A stretch of DNA of 33,627 nt, taken from the NCBI RefSeq assembly GCF_001194135.2, contig NC_068999.1, forward strand, positions 35,357,663 through 35,391,289, in the 5' to 3' direction. Every line of letters begins with the position of its first letter. Position 1 is the first letter of the stretch. Position numbers and translations under genes: made by a program. This DNA comes from Octopus bimaculoides (lineage: Eukaryota). This document shows positions 13,679-24,509 of this stretch, in pieces. Under the pieces are notes generated by a model. That model made no database searches and was not told the DNA's origin. It saw only the letters and a program-made list of their open reading frames with translations.

Positions 13679-14558
13679 TACATATATACATTTCTTTTTT
13701 TATTCTTTTTTTTATTCAGCCATGCGCCTGCGCTCACGCTAGAGCACCACCGTGTACATATANNNNNNNNNNNNNNNNNNNNNNNNNNNNNNNNNNNNNN
13801 NNNNNNNNNNNNNNNNNNNNNNNNNNNNNNNNNNNNNNNNNNNNNNNNNNNNNNNNNNNNNNNNNNNNNNNNNNNNNNNNNNNNNNNNNNNNNNNNNNNN
13901 NNNNNNNNNNNNNNNNNNNNNNNNNNNNNNNNNNNNNNNNNNNNNNNNNNNNNNNNNNNNNNNNNNNNNNNNNNNNNNNNNNNNNNNNNNNNNNNNNNNN
14001 NNNNNNNNNNNNNNNNNNNNNNNNNNNNNNNNNNNNNNNNNNNNNNNNNNNNNNNNNNNNNNNNNNNNNNNNNNNNNNNNNNNNNNNNNNNNNNNNNNNN
14101 NNNNNNNNNNNNNNNNNNNNNNNNNNNNNNNNNNGAACACTGTGTGTCTGTGGATATATCTGTAAAATATTTACAAGCATATACTGCTGATGCTGTTGAA
14201 TTTCATCCGACCTGGCGGTACCATGGCGCAACTAAGTCAATATTCCTGACAGTGTTTTAAGGTATGCCCAGAGTTACCTCTCTTGGGTATTTCCCTTTGA
14301 TAACGGCTAACGAGCTAGAAACGGGACTGGGAATACGATATGAGGCACCATTGATATGAGACACAATATAAGAGAATTCTTTCTCCACAGTAACTGCTGT
14401 GAACATGCTTTTAAAGTTGAAATGTGACACAAACATATTTTAACTCACCTAAATTTCGCTTATATACATATATGTTTTGTTTTGTTCTTTTTGTTTCTTT
14501 TTTTTTGTGAGCTGGTAAATTCATTGGCACGATGTCATTTCTTTAGACTTTTTATGCT

Positions 14559-14892
14559 GTGAATTCAAATTCCGTCGCTGTCGACTTTACCTTCTGCTAT
14601 GTCTCAAACTACTGCTATCTAGCACCATCGGATGATCTCTACTCAACCGCTACACAACTGCTACTCGACTGCTACTCAACAGCTACTCGACGGCTACGCA
14701 ACACACCTACCATGGCCAGACTACCTCTATTTATATGTCTTGGGAGATCCTACTTCTTCGCTTTGGGGCGTCGACACAACACCTTTAATCTCTTTACGGT
14801 AATAAGATAAGTACCAGTTGAGCACTGGGGTCGATGTAAGCTAGTTACCCTCTTCACTTAAATTGTGTAGCCTCATGTCAGCATTTCAAACC
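14559..14892 (+). mobile_element. Family A SINE interrupted by about 165-200 bp of unrelated sequence
   Basis: GAATTCAAATTCCGTCGCTGTCGACTTTACCTTC (14559-14594) resumes as ATAAGTACCAGTTGAGCACTGGGGTCGATG..CATTTCAAACC (14807-14892). Confidence 0.7.
14637..14702. repeat. 11-bp minisatellite, 6 units (consensus NGCTACTCRAC)
   Basis: Units: ctctactcaac, cgctacacaac, tgctactcgac, tgctactcaac, agctactcgac, ggctacgcaac. Confidence 0.85.
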
Positions 14893-15018
14893 ATTTTTGT
14901 GTGGTTAATATTTTGTTATTTTTGCTTATGTGTTGTTATTGTTGCGATATTGTTATTGTTATGTTGCGAATGTTATACTGTTGCCTTACATCGAAGACTG
15001 GTTGAGTATTCCTGTTAT

Positions 15019-15230
15019 TCTTTTATTTGTTTCGGTCATTTGACTGCGGCCATGCTGGGGCACCGCCTTTAGTCGAAGAAATCGACGCCAGGACTTACTC
15101 TTTGTAAGCTTTGTACTTATTCTATCGGTCTCCTTACCGAACCGCTAAGTTACGGCGACGTAAACACACCAACATCGGTTGTCAAGCTATGGTGGGCGGA
15201 CAAACACAGACACAAAGACATACACACACT
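15019..15230 (-). mobile_element. Family B SINE, 3' half
   Basis: GTCATTTGACTGCGGCCATGCTGGGGCACCGCCTTTAGTCG..GAACCGCTAAGTTACGG..ATCGGTTGTCAAGC..GACAAACACAGACAC; matches 28368-28590, 28875-29075 and the reverse complement of 30890-31077. Confidence 0.88.
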
Positions 15231-15431
15231 CACACATGATTCAAATATATTAAGCCTTCATTCCTCCCCTCGAGGCTCTTTTCTTTTATTTTATCTATTT
15301 TTCTTCACTCTGATGATGTTCCATGTTCTAGATCGTAGGAAGGAAAAGGGGGGAGTTCGTTCAAAAGGGATCGAAAAAAAAAAGGGCGATCAATAGGGAT
15401 CGTGTATCACACAGTAATGTTCTTGTGTAAT

Positions 15432-15467
<36 letters not shown>

Positions 15468-15482
15468 TACAGACAGACAGAC

Positions 15483-15536
<54 letters not shown>

Positions 15537-15545
15537 GTAGGTAGG
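15432..15545. repeat. (GATA)n/(GACA)n tetranucleotide microsatellite
   Basis: Read directly. Confidence 0.95.
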
Positions 15546-16116
15546 TAACTGCGCGCTCAAATTTTCACGTATCAATAGTTAAACTGCCGAAACCTCCAGC
15601 CCTTGAAACTCCGTGTAACAACACAGGAAGGGCTAACGAAGTACATTGTGTGCGCAGGTGTAAGTGCGTATATGAATGCTCGTGTGAGTGTGTGTGTGTA
15701 CATGTGTGTACGTGTGTGCGTATGTGTGTGTGTGTGCTTGCGTGTGCTGTGTGTGTATTTGCATGGATGTTTTACGGTCTCTGTGTGATTCCATAGAGAA
15801 CTGTGTATTTCTTACCAACGTCCTAGTACTAATCAATTATGGATATTATTAATGTAGAGAAAAAAGCCAACAGTCTTCACTCAGCCACACCCTTCATTCC
15901 ATTTTACATTACACTCAACTCCACCAGCCACGCCACCATGCACCATCACACGCTCCACTATAACGCCTCACTTTCTCCCTTTCTTTTTATTTCTCACGAC
16001 ACACTTTCTCGCACCCCCCACCACCACATTTGACCTCAAAAACAAATGTTTCATTTCTGTTTGTTGGTGTTGGCCGCTTTCAAATATCATACAGCTGGAG
16101 ATAGTGATGGTGGTTG

Positions 16117-16161
<45 letters not shown>

Positions 16162-16550
16162 CGATGACGACGACGACGACGATGAACTTGGTCATGGTCG
16201 TGGTCATAATGCTGAATACGTGGACGGTAGAGGACAATAACGATTGTATTCATGATAGAAATCCAAATTATTGGTAGTGTGGGAGAGATGGAAAAGTTAG
16301 AAGTGCAGAAACTGGGAAATGAAAAATAAAATATGGACGAAAGGTGGAAGGAAAAAATAGAAGAGATGAAAATATATGAAACAAAAGTACAAAGTTCAAT
16401 ATCTCTTTTTCTGTCTTGTCTTTTTTATTGTGTGTATGTGTGTTTGTGTTTTATATTTATATATGTGTGTGTGTGTGTGTGTGAGTGTCTGTGTGTGTGT
16501 GCGTGTGTGTGTTTGTGTGTGTTTGTGTGTGTGTGTGTGTGTGCGTGTGT

Positions 16551-17803
16551 GGATCTGTTCAGTTTGGCTCACAGATATTTTAATTAATTTTTAAAACTAA
16601 AGAGTTTGAAATTTCGTATACTGGTGTAATTTCTCACGCAGATCACAGTTTACTCTGAACATTTTTGACTAAATTTCGTATTATAAACGTTATTTCGTGT
16701 TAAAGTTGTCGTATTTGGGTGATTTTAACCAATCCACTACGTGTATTCAGTTGAAGAAAGCTATGCTTTTTGTGATAGTAATCGAAGAGGAACAACTTCC
16801 GGGTCATCTCTACTAAATGTCACCACTCTCTTCTCGTGCATTCCTTACTCTTTCCCTCTCTCCTGGCAGACAACCACTTCTACACTATCAACTACCAATC
16901 AGCGAGCGAACTTGTTACTGCAACTACAATTACCGTATTTTCCGATGTATAAGCCGCTATTTTTTTACCTGGAAAATTTAGTGTGCGGTTTATAGAAAGG
17001 TGCACCTACTATGTGTACCTTTTCATAGGTTTCAGGATGAAAATAATTTTGTGTATGGAGCTTAACTGATTCCACTGATTTTTTTCAGACGAAAGGTCGG
17101 TTGGTGAACAATGTGAAAGACTACGGCTACAGTACATTAGCGCCCGGAAGAAAATAAGGCATATTTGTTTTGTTTTACCTTCATGTTTTGATAATGTTAT
17201 TTTTAATCTAATAAAGACTTTCATATTGACAAAATGTGTTTAGTAAGACAAAATCATAACAATAACAATACATTTCATAGTTGTAAAATAAAGCATTTTG
17301 AAACTACATACACGTCAATAACAAAAATGCTAGCAGTGAACCCATAACTCTTCGGCCCTGCGCCTTAAATATCGATGTCGGGCAAAGAAATAATATATGT
17401 AAACAATATTTCTTCCTTCTTGATGTTGATTGTTCGATGTTTACTGGTTACTCCGATGCGAGAACCTAAAAAAAGCGTGTAATATACAGCACAGGCAGTA
17501 AACAAAAAATAGAAAAGAAGAGAGTGGTGACATTTTGTAGGGATGGCCCGGAAGTTGTTCCTCTTCGATTACTATTGCAAATAGCAGTAGCTTTCTTCAA
17601 CTAAATTCACGTCGTTGATTGGTTAAAATTACCCAAATACGACAACTTTAACTCGAAATAAATTCCAAAATGCGAAATTTTGCTCAGAATGTTCAAAGTA
17701 AACCGTGTTCTGCGTGAGAAATTACACCAGTATACGAAGTTTCAAACTGCTTAGTTAAAAGAATTAATTTTAAAAAATCTTTGAGCCAAACTGAACAGAT
17801 CCA
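16551..17803. mobile_element. Non-autonomous DNA transposon (foldback-type) with about 285-bp terminal inverted repeats
   Basis: 16551-16834 aligns by eye to the reverse complement of 17516-17803 (GGATCTGTTCAGTTTGGCTCA..GTATACTGGTGTAATTTCTCACGCAGA..TAAAGTTGTCGTATTTGGGT..AATCGAAGAGGAACAACTTCCGGG..AAATGTCACCACTCTCTTCT); about 680-bp spacer with no transposase ORF. Confidence 0.85.
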
Positions 17804-17831
17804 TATATGCATACGTATACATATATATGTG

Positions 17832-17864
<33 letters not shown>

Positions 17865-17972
17865 NNNNNNNNNNNNNNNNNNNNNNNNNNNNNNNNNNNN
17901 NNNNNNNNNNNNNNNNNNNNNNNNNNNNNNNTATATATATGTGTGTGTGTGGATCTGTTCAGTTTGGGTCAC

Positions 17973-18016
<44 letters not shown>

Positions 18017-18034
18017 CACACACATTCATGTATA

Positions 18035-18253
18035 AGGCGGCAAGCTGATAGAATCGTTAGCACGGTGGGTGAAATGGTTAACGGCATCTCGTCGGTCTTT
18101 ACCTTTTGAGTTCAAGTATTGCTGAGGTCGACTTTGACTTTCATCCTGTCGGGGTCAAGAAAATAAGCACCAGTCAAGCACTGGGATCGTTGTAGGCGAG
18201 TTACTCATCTCTCCCATTTCGAAATTGCTGACCATGTGCCAAAATTTGAAACC
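18035..18253 (+). mobile_element. tRNA-derived SINE, family A, full length
   Basis: AGGCGGCAAGCTGATAGAATCGTTAGCA..GAGTTCAAGT..GAGGTCGACTTTGACTTTCATCCTGTCGGGGTC..TGTGCCAAAATTTGAAACC. Confidence 0.88.
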
Positions 18254-19145
18254 GATATAGATGCATATAGCTTGCTATTTATAAATGTATCAATCTAGCT
18301 AGATAGACAGAGAGACTGAGAGACAGAGAGACAGACAAACAAACAAGATTTGCAAATAGAAACAAGAGAAACTTTGAGTAATGATGTTTCAGTGAATCGC
18401 CACGTAAACATACATACAAGCTTGCACAAACAAACGCAAATACATACGTACACACACACACACACACACACGCACGCACGCACACTGACGTACACATGTA
18501 TATGGTATAAATATATGGCTGAAAATGAGGCGAAAACGTCCATTTTTTTATGTCTGTGAGTTAATGTTTGTGTGTGTGTGTGCGTGTGTGCGTGTTAGTT
18601 TGTGTGGTTGTTACTGGTGCCTGTGAGTTGGAGTGTGTGTCTGTGTCTTCGAGTATGTATATAAGTTCTGGTGTTGGCTCTGTGTATATACGTGAACGCA
18701 TATGTCTATGTGTGCGTATGTGTACGCATTGATGTTAGTTTCTTTGTTTATATTGTTATTTACATATTTATTCTGGTTCTGTTCTTCTTGCATGTGAGTC
18801 GTTCGTAATAAATTTATGTGTAGTAAAATTACAGGAGGAGCCGAAGACGGTGTAATACCATCCATAAACTCTGTGATAGGTCAAGTGAAAAGCCAGCGGT
18901 ACATTTATATCAATCAATATGGCCTCTGTGCCACGTGTGTGGAGTTTCGAGGTGGCAGAGGGGACGGGTAAGAGGTGACAAGCGACCGATTGCGGCAATC
19001 AAATATTAATAACTTACAGTCTGTCTGCTCCTTGTCTGATTAGCCGACACACAGACAGACGTTTGTATTGTGTTTGGAGGTTGTGGTCGTTGTTGTGGTG
19101 TTGGTGTTGGTGTTGGTGTTGGTCGTGGTTGGGTTGTGTTCACAT

Positions 19146-19195
<50 letters not shown>

Positions 19196-19646
19196 TCGAC
19201 TCTTTTGCTAGACAGAGACAGATGAATAGAAAGGTAGAAAGAGATAAGGAGAGAGAGAGATTGTGAAGAAGACAAAGATATGATATTAGTATGGTTATGC
19301 AGTGGTGGGCGTTCCTGTGAAAGACGGAAAACCGAGTGCTTGGTGTGTGTGTGCTTGTGTGTGTGTGATCTGTGTGCATGTCAGCTCACATGTGTGTACG
19401 TTGAAGTGTGCGTATGTTATGCCCCAGAGTCTGTATGCGTTGTGGAAAGGATGTGACCGGGTGCTCAGCAAATTCGATTGTCTTTCTCTATGGATCACCC
19501 TGTATGACTGACTGACTGCATATTGCTTTCTTTTTTTTTTTGCTTTTGTCGTTGTTTTTGTCCTTCATGTGCTTCTTGCCATGTATCACCGTGCGTTCGT
19601 TATGTCATCACATTTGTAGTGACAAGCTGCATGTGAATGTATATTG

Positions 19647-19657
19647 GATTATCATCA

Positions 19658-19706
<49 letters not shown>

Positions 19707-19858
19707 CATTATTATTATTATTATTATTGTTACTAATATTATTATTTATTAATACTGTTGTTGTCTTTTTTCTAGTTCCCGTTCGTGTTGCTGCTGCTGC
19801 TGCTGCTGCTGCTCTTGTCGTCGTATTTATTATAATTATTACCATCGTCATCATCATG

Positions 19859-19899
<41 letters not shown>

Positions 19900-20010
19900 T
19901 ACCACCACCATCTCTACCACTATCATCATCATCGTCATCATTATCAGCATCGCCGTCATCACCATCATCGTTGTCGTCGTCGTCGTCATCAGAATCATTC
20001 CCATCAGTCA
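19647..20010. repeat. Compound trinucleotide block (ATT)n, (GCT)n, (ATC)n
   Basis: Read directly. Confidence 0.92.
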
Positions 20011-20468
20011 CCAGACTCCGTCTTTTGTTTATTTATTTATTTATTATCCATCGTCGTCCCACGATCGCATCTCTTCTCCTATATCACCCATTCTCCAAAC
20101 GATCTATTATTTATTTATTTGTGCATTTATTTATTTATTTATTTACGCCGACAAACGTTTGCAGCCACCGTAGGCGTGTCCACACCCCGTCATTAGGTGG
20201 TAACAGCCATTTTTTTTTTTTATTACTTGTATTTTTAAACCACAAACAAATACACGGTGAAACGAAACAATAAACAAATAAAATAAAATACGGTAAACAT
20301 GAAAAAAATAAACTAGAATATATCAAAAATAACAACACTATGGGGAAACATCGGCATTTAATTCCTTCCATAATCTTATAGATGTGTGTTTTATAAATCC
20401 ACCGATCGGTTTTTTGTCTATTTTGTATTTTGTATATCGGCAACGATTTAGGAGAGTGGGTACGTCAT

Positions 20469-20483
20469 AACAACAGCAGCAGC

Positions 20484-20526
<43 letters not shown>

Positions 20527-20592
20527 GCAGCAGCAGCAGCAGCAACAACAAAAGTAGTTAACAACAACATCAAATCCACGGCAACAACAATG
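20469..20592. repeat. (CAA/CAG)n microsatellite
   Basis: Read directly; no flanking coding context seen. Confidence 0.9.
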
Positions 20593-21032
20593 AGAACACT
20601 ATGTAACGTTTGATATACTGTTAAATTGTTATCTATGGGAGGTCATGGTCACCTCTTTCTGAATTGTAATATTTCTTTCATTTTATAATAGCAACGGAGT
20701 AGCAGAAATAGATACGCATGCTGGATTTAAAAAATATGTATATAAAATATGTATGTAAAATATGTATATAAAGCTTTTTCGACATTTAAATACTGTAAAA
20801 ATTCGCGTATAATACGCTACCATATAAAATATGCAGCTCGATTTGGGCGTTTGATATACTGGATATAATCTCCGTTGGTGAATATCCAGTACTTGCAACA
20901 ACTAATATCAACCCGAGAGATCTAAGTGTAAGTGGCTGGGTATTCTACAGGAATATGTATTCTTAACGAAATTCTGAGGTCGGATCAGTGTTAGACAAGT
21001 AACAAGGCTGAACCCTTACTCACAAGTCCAAC

Positions 21033-21057
21033 AGAGAGAGACGGAAAGAGAGAGAGA

Positions 21058-21104
<47 letters not shown>

Positions 21105-21310
21105 GGAAAGAGAGAGAGAGACGGAAAGAGAGAGAGAGACGGAAAGAGAGAGAGAGATGGAAAGAGAGAGATACAGACAGAAAGGGAGTGAGAAAGAGAA
21201 AGAGAGATAGAAGGCATACAGCCAGGCATACAGCCAGGCATACAGACAGACAGACAGACTGACAGAGATATAGAAAAAGAGACAGGCAGACAGACAGACA
21301 GACAGAAAAA
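21033..21310. repeat. Polypurine (GA)n tract punctuated by NGGAAA, then (GACA)n
   Basis: Higher-order unit of (GA)4-7 plus CGGAAA repeated several times. Confidence 0.9.
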
Positions 21311-21315
21311 GTTCG

Positions 21316-21486
21316 AGAGGGAAAGAGGTGAGAATCGACCTTATGTATTGGAATGGTACTTTATTGATTTCAAAGTAGGAAGTGCAAAGTGGACTTCGGA
21401 AGGATTCGTTCGCTGAACGCAGACCACCGAAATAAAGACCATGTGACATTCTGTCCGGCGCTCTAATAATTCTGCCAGCTTATCGC
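21316..21486 (-). mobile_element. Highly diverged family A SINE
   Basis: GGTACTTTATTGAT..CAAAGTGGACTTCGGAAGGATT..CATTCTGTCCGGCGCTCTAATAATTCTGCCAGCT. Confidence 0.6.
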
Positions 21487-21502
21487 TTGATAAGAATAAA
21501 TA

Positions 21503-21582
21503 TGGCTATGTGGTAAGAAATTTGCTTCCCAATTACGTGATTCCAGGTTCAGACTCAGTGTGTGACACCTTGGGTAAGTGTC
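21503..21582 (+). mobile_element. Family B SINE head only
   Basis: TGGCTATGTGG (A box) ..GGTTCAGACTC (B-box-like) ..ACCTTGGGTAAGTGTC. Confidence 0.75.
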
Positions 21583-21593
21583 AAGCTTGTCAA

Positions 21594-21656
<63 letters not shown>

Positions 21657-22406
21657 CGAAGTCTGATCAATAAGTATCCGGACTGTTGCAGAATAAAGCA
21701 GCTTCACACAGGTTGACTTTGAACTCTGCTGTGCATGTGCACTAAAATTTAACGTTCTGGCTCAATTCCGCTGTTAACAATGCTTGGAAGGAAGTTGTGT
21801 AGAGTATAATCGTCACATTGGCCTTGACAGAGAAAGTTGTCACGGCGATACCTGCTCAGAGGCTTACCCAAATTTGCAGCAAGTGTATGGAGAGGAGTGT
21901 ATGAGCCGCGCACAAGTGTACGAATGGTTAAGTCGTTTCCAAGATGGCCGAAAACATGTCGATATTGACGAACGTCCACGGAAACCCGCAAACAGCAGGA
22001 CTGAGAAAAACATCGCAGATGTGCGTGCAGCTGTGAGAGGAAAACGTCGAATCACCAACCCTGGGTTATCAGAGGATGTGCAGGTTAGTTACAGTTCATT
22101 ATCGCAGAAGATTTGGGTATGAGACACGTGTCTGCCAAGTTTGTGCCAAAACTGCTTTCAGCTGACCAAAAAGGTTTCAGTTGCACAAGATTTCCTTGAT
22201 TGTGTCAAGAATGATGAAAACATTTTGAAAACTTTGCGTAGGCCTCTGAGCAGGTATCGCCAGGCTTTTGACAAGATTTGATGCAGATTCTCCACTCAGC
22301 TTTCTCTGTCATGGTCAATACGATGATCACATGCTTCACACCTTTTTTTGCGTGCTTTAGCTTCGTTACTATGGCAACAGTCTGAATACTTATTGATCAT
22401 ACCTCG
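21657..22406 (+). mobile_element. Internally deleted mariner element (DNA-binding region retained, DD34D catalytic domain missing)
   Basis: TIRs CGAAGTCTGATCAATAAGTATCCGGACTGTTGC (left, after TA) and reverse-complemented CGAGGTATGATCAATAAGTATTCAGACTGTTGC (right). ORF 21784-22122 has VYGEECMSRAQVYEWLSRFQDGRKHVDIDERPRKP (mariner HTH). A shifted frame at about 22095-22172 gives FIIAEDLGMRHVSAKFVPKLLSADQK (WVPHEL-type motif). Confidence 0.9.
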
Positions 22407-22425
22407 TGTGTGTGTATGTGTATGT

Positions 22426-22615
22426 ATCGCCCACCATCGCTTGACAATTTTAGTAGAAGAAATCGCCCCCAGGACTTATTCTTTGTAAGCGTGGTACTTA
22501 TTTTATCGGTCTTTTTTGCAGAACAGATGAGTCACGGGGTCATAAAGATACCAGCATCGGTTGTCAAGCAATGGTGGAGTGACAATCACAGACACGAAAA
22601 CATACACACAAATAT
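22426..22615 (-). mobile_element. Family B SINE 3' fragment with a short inverted piece at its left end
   Basis: 22448-22615 matches family B in minus orientation; 22431-22447 (CCACCATCGCTTGACAA) is the same family in plus orientation. Confidence 0.75.
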
Positions 22616-22626
22616 ACATACATGCA

Positions 22627-22662
<36 letters not shown>

Positions 22663-23127
22663 TATATACATATATATCTATAATANNNNNNNNNNNNNNN
22701 NNNNNNNNNNNNNNNNNNNNNNNNNNNNNNNNNNNNNNNNNNNNNNNNNNNNNNNNNNNNNNNNNNNNNNNNNNNNNNNNNNNNNNNNNNNNNNNNNNNN
22801 NNNNNNNNNNNNNNNNNNNNNNNNNNNNNNNNNTATTTAGTTTAAAAGAGTTCCAACACTGTCTGTTTTTTATGTTTTATTTATATTCCTGCAGAACCAA
22901 TGTGGGGTATAGAATATGGAATATACAATATATAATATAATATACAATATATAATATAAAATAAAATAAAATAAAAATGGATGGTACCATGAAAGAAAGT
23001 ATTGAATGTAGATGAAATATTGAGTGTTAAATATAAAGGATCAAATATATAAATATATAAATATAAATATATAAAGGCGACTCGAGTTTCAGGGCTATTT
23101 CCCTTCGTCATTACTATAAACTTGGAT

Positions 23128-23202
23128 ATTGTTGTTGATTAACCTAGATCAACGTTGACCCAGCACATCCATCAGGAATTATGTCCCAGTCGTGCCTATC
23201 CT
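23128..23202 (-). mobile_element. Family D repeat tail (diverged)
   Basis: GTTGTTGATTAACCTAGATCAACG..CCCAGTCGTGCCTATCC resembles 27871-27937 and 28125-28203. Confidence 0.35.
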
Positions 23203-23450
23203 ATCGTTTATACTATTTTGTATCTAGGTCTGCTTCCAGTCTTTTATTGGTACAATTTGTTTCTAGAACTACATTGACCAGTGCTTTTTTTAATATTTTT
23301 TAACCTCTTTTGAGCTTGCAGCACGTGCATTGAGCATGGTTTACAGTCCCAGCCAGTTAACGGCTTTTTTTTTCTGAAGTTATGCTGTTGATAAACAATA
23401 TTGCTTCATTGGTTGGTTGGTTGGTTGGTTGGTATGTACATATTCCTTAT

Positions 23451-23606
23451 TCTTTTACCTGTTTCAGTCATTTGATTGCGGCCATGCTGCAGCACCACCT
23501 TAAAAGGTTTTTTTAGTCGAAAAAATCAATCGACCCCGCGACTCATTCTTTGTAAGCCTAGTACTTATTCTATCGATCTCTTTTGCCGAACTGCTAGGTT
23601 ACAGGG
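23451..23606 (-). mobile_element. Family B SINE, 3' part, running into a gap
   Basis: CTTTTACCTGTTTCAGTCATTTGATTGCGGCCATGCTG..GTAAGCCTAGTACTTATTCTATCGATCTCTTTTGCCGAAC. Confidence 0.88.
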
Positions 23607-24064
23607 NNNNNNNNNNNNNNNNNNNNNNNNNNNNNNNNNNNNNNNNNNNNNNNNNNNNNNNNNNNNNNNNNNNNNNNNNNNNNNNNNNNNNNNNNNNNNN
23701 NNNNNNNNNNNNNNNNNNNNNNNNNNNNNNNNNNNNNNNNNNNNNNNNNNNNNNNNNNNNNNNNNNNNNNNNNNNNNNNNNNNNNNNNNNNNNNNNNNNN
23801 NNNNNNNNNNNNNNNNNNNNNNNNNNNNNNNNNNNNNNNNNNNNNNNNNNNNNNNNNNNNNNNNNNNNNNNNNNNNNNNNNNNNNNNNNNNNNNNNNNNN
23901 NNNNNNNNNNNNNNNNNNNNNNNNNNNNNNNNNNNNNNNNNNNNNNNNNNNNNNNNNNNNNNNNNNNNNNNNNNNNNNNNNNNNNNNNNNNNNNATTGGT
24001 AAGTGAACTGTTAAACGTTTGCATAATATAAGGTTGTTTGGTTGGTTAATATAATGCTTCATGT

Positions 24065-24203
24065 ATTCCACCGAGGTCGACTTTGCCTTTCATCCTTTTG
24101 GGGTCGATAAATCAAGTACCAGTTGCATAATGGAGTCGATCTGATCAACTGCACCCCTACATTCCCACCAAAACATTCGGGTCTTCTGCCTAGTGTAGAA
24201 AAG
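24065..24203 (+). mobile_element. 5'-truncated family A SINE with a 17-bp target-site duplication (copy 1)
   Basis: ATTCCACCGAGGTCGACTTTGCCTTTCATCCTTTTGGGGTCGATAAATCAAGTACCAG..GTAGAAAAG, flanked by AATATAATGCTTCATGT (24048-24064) and AATATAATGTTTCATGT (24204-24220). Confidence 0.88.
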
Positions 24204-24370
24204 AATATAATGTTTCATGTTTAGTAAATATGAGATTATATATTTGGTTGATATAGTGTTCTGCTGTTAGTAAATCTAAGGTTATACGGTTGGTTAATAT
24301 ATATTTGGTAAATATGTCATATGATTGGTAGATACAATGTTATATGATCGGTTAATATAATGCTTCATGT

Positions 24371-24509
24371 ATTCCACCGAGGTCGACTTTGCCTTTCATC
24401 CTTTTGGGGTCGATAAATCAAGTACCAGTTGCATAATGGAGTTGATCTGATCAACTGCACCCCTACATTCCCACCAAAACATTCGGGTCTTGTGCCTAGT
24501 GTAGAAAAG
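24371..24509 (+). mobile_element. 5'-truncated family A SINE (copy 2, created by the tandem duplication)
   Basis: Copy 1 shifted by 306 bp, with the same TSD pair. Confidence 0.88.

Noticed and set aside
15579-15659. Plus-strand 81-nt exon candidate ending in GT|gtaagt
   Set aside because: Poor acceptor; two frames are open with no recognisable product; with this donor it cannot join 18835 without a stop.
18837-18967. Alternative frame containing LCDRSSEKPAVHLYQSIWPLCHVC, faintly B-box-like
   Set aside because: Three of the expected zinc-binding cysteines are absent.
23410-23432. (TTGG)n as a telomere-like repeat
   Set aside because: Not the TTAGGG metazoan unit, and short.
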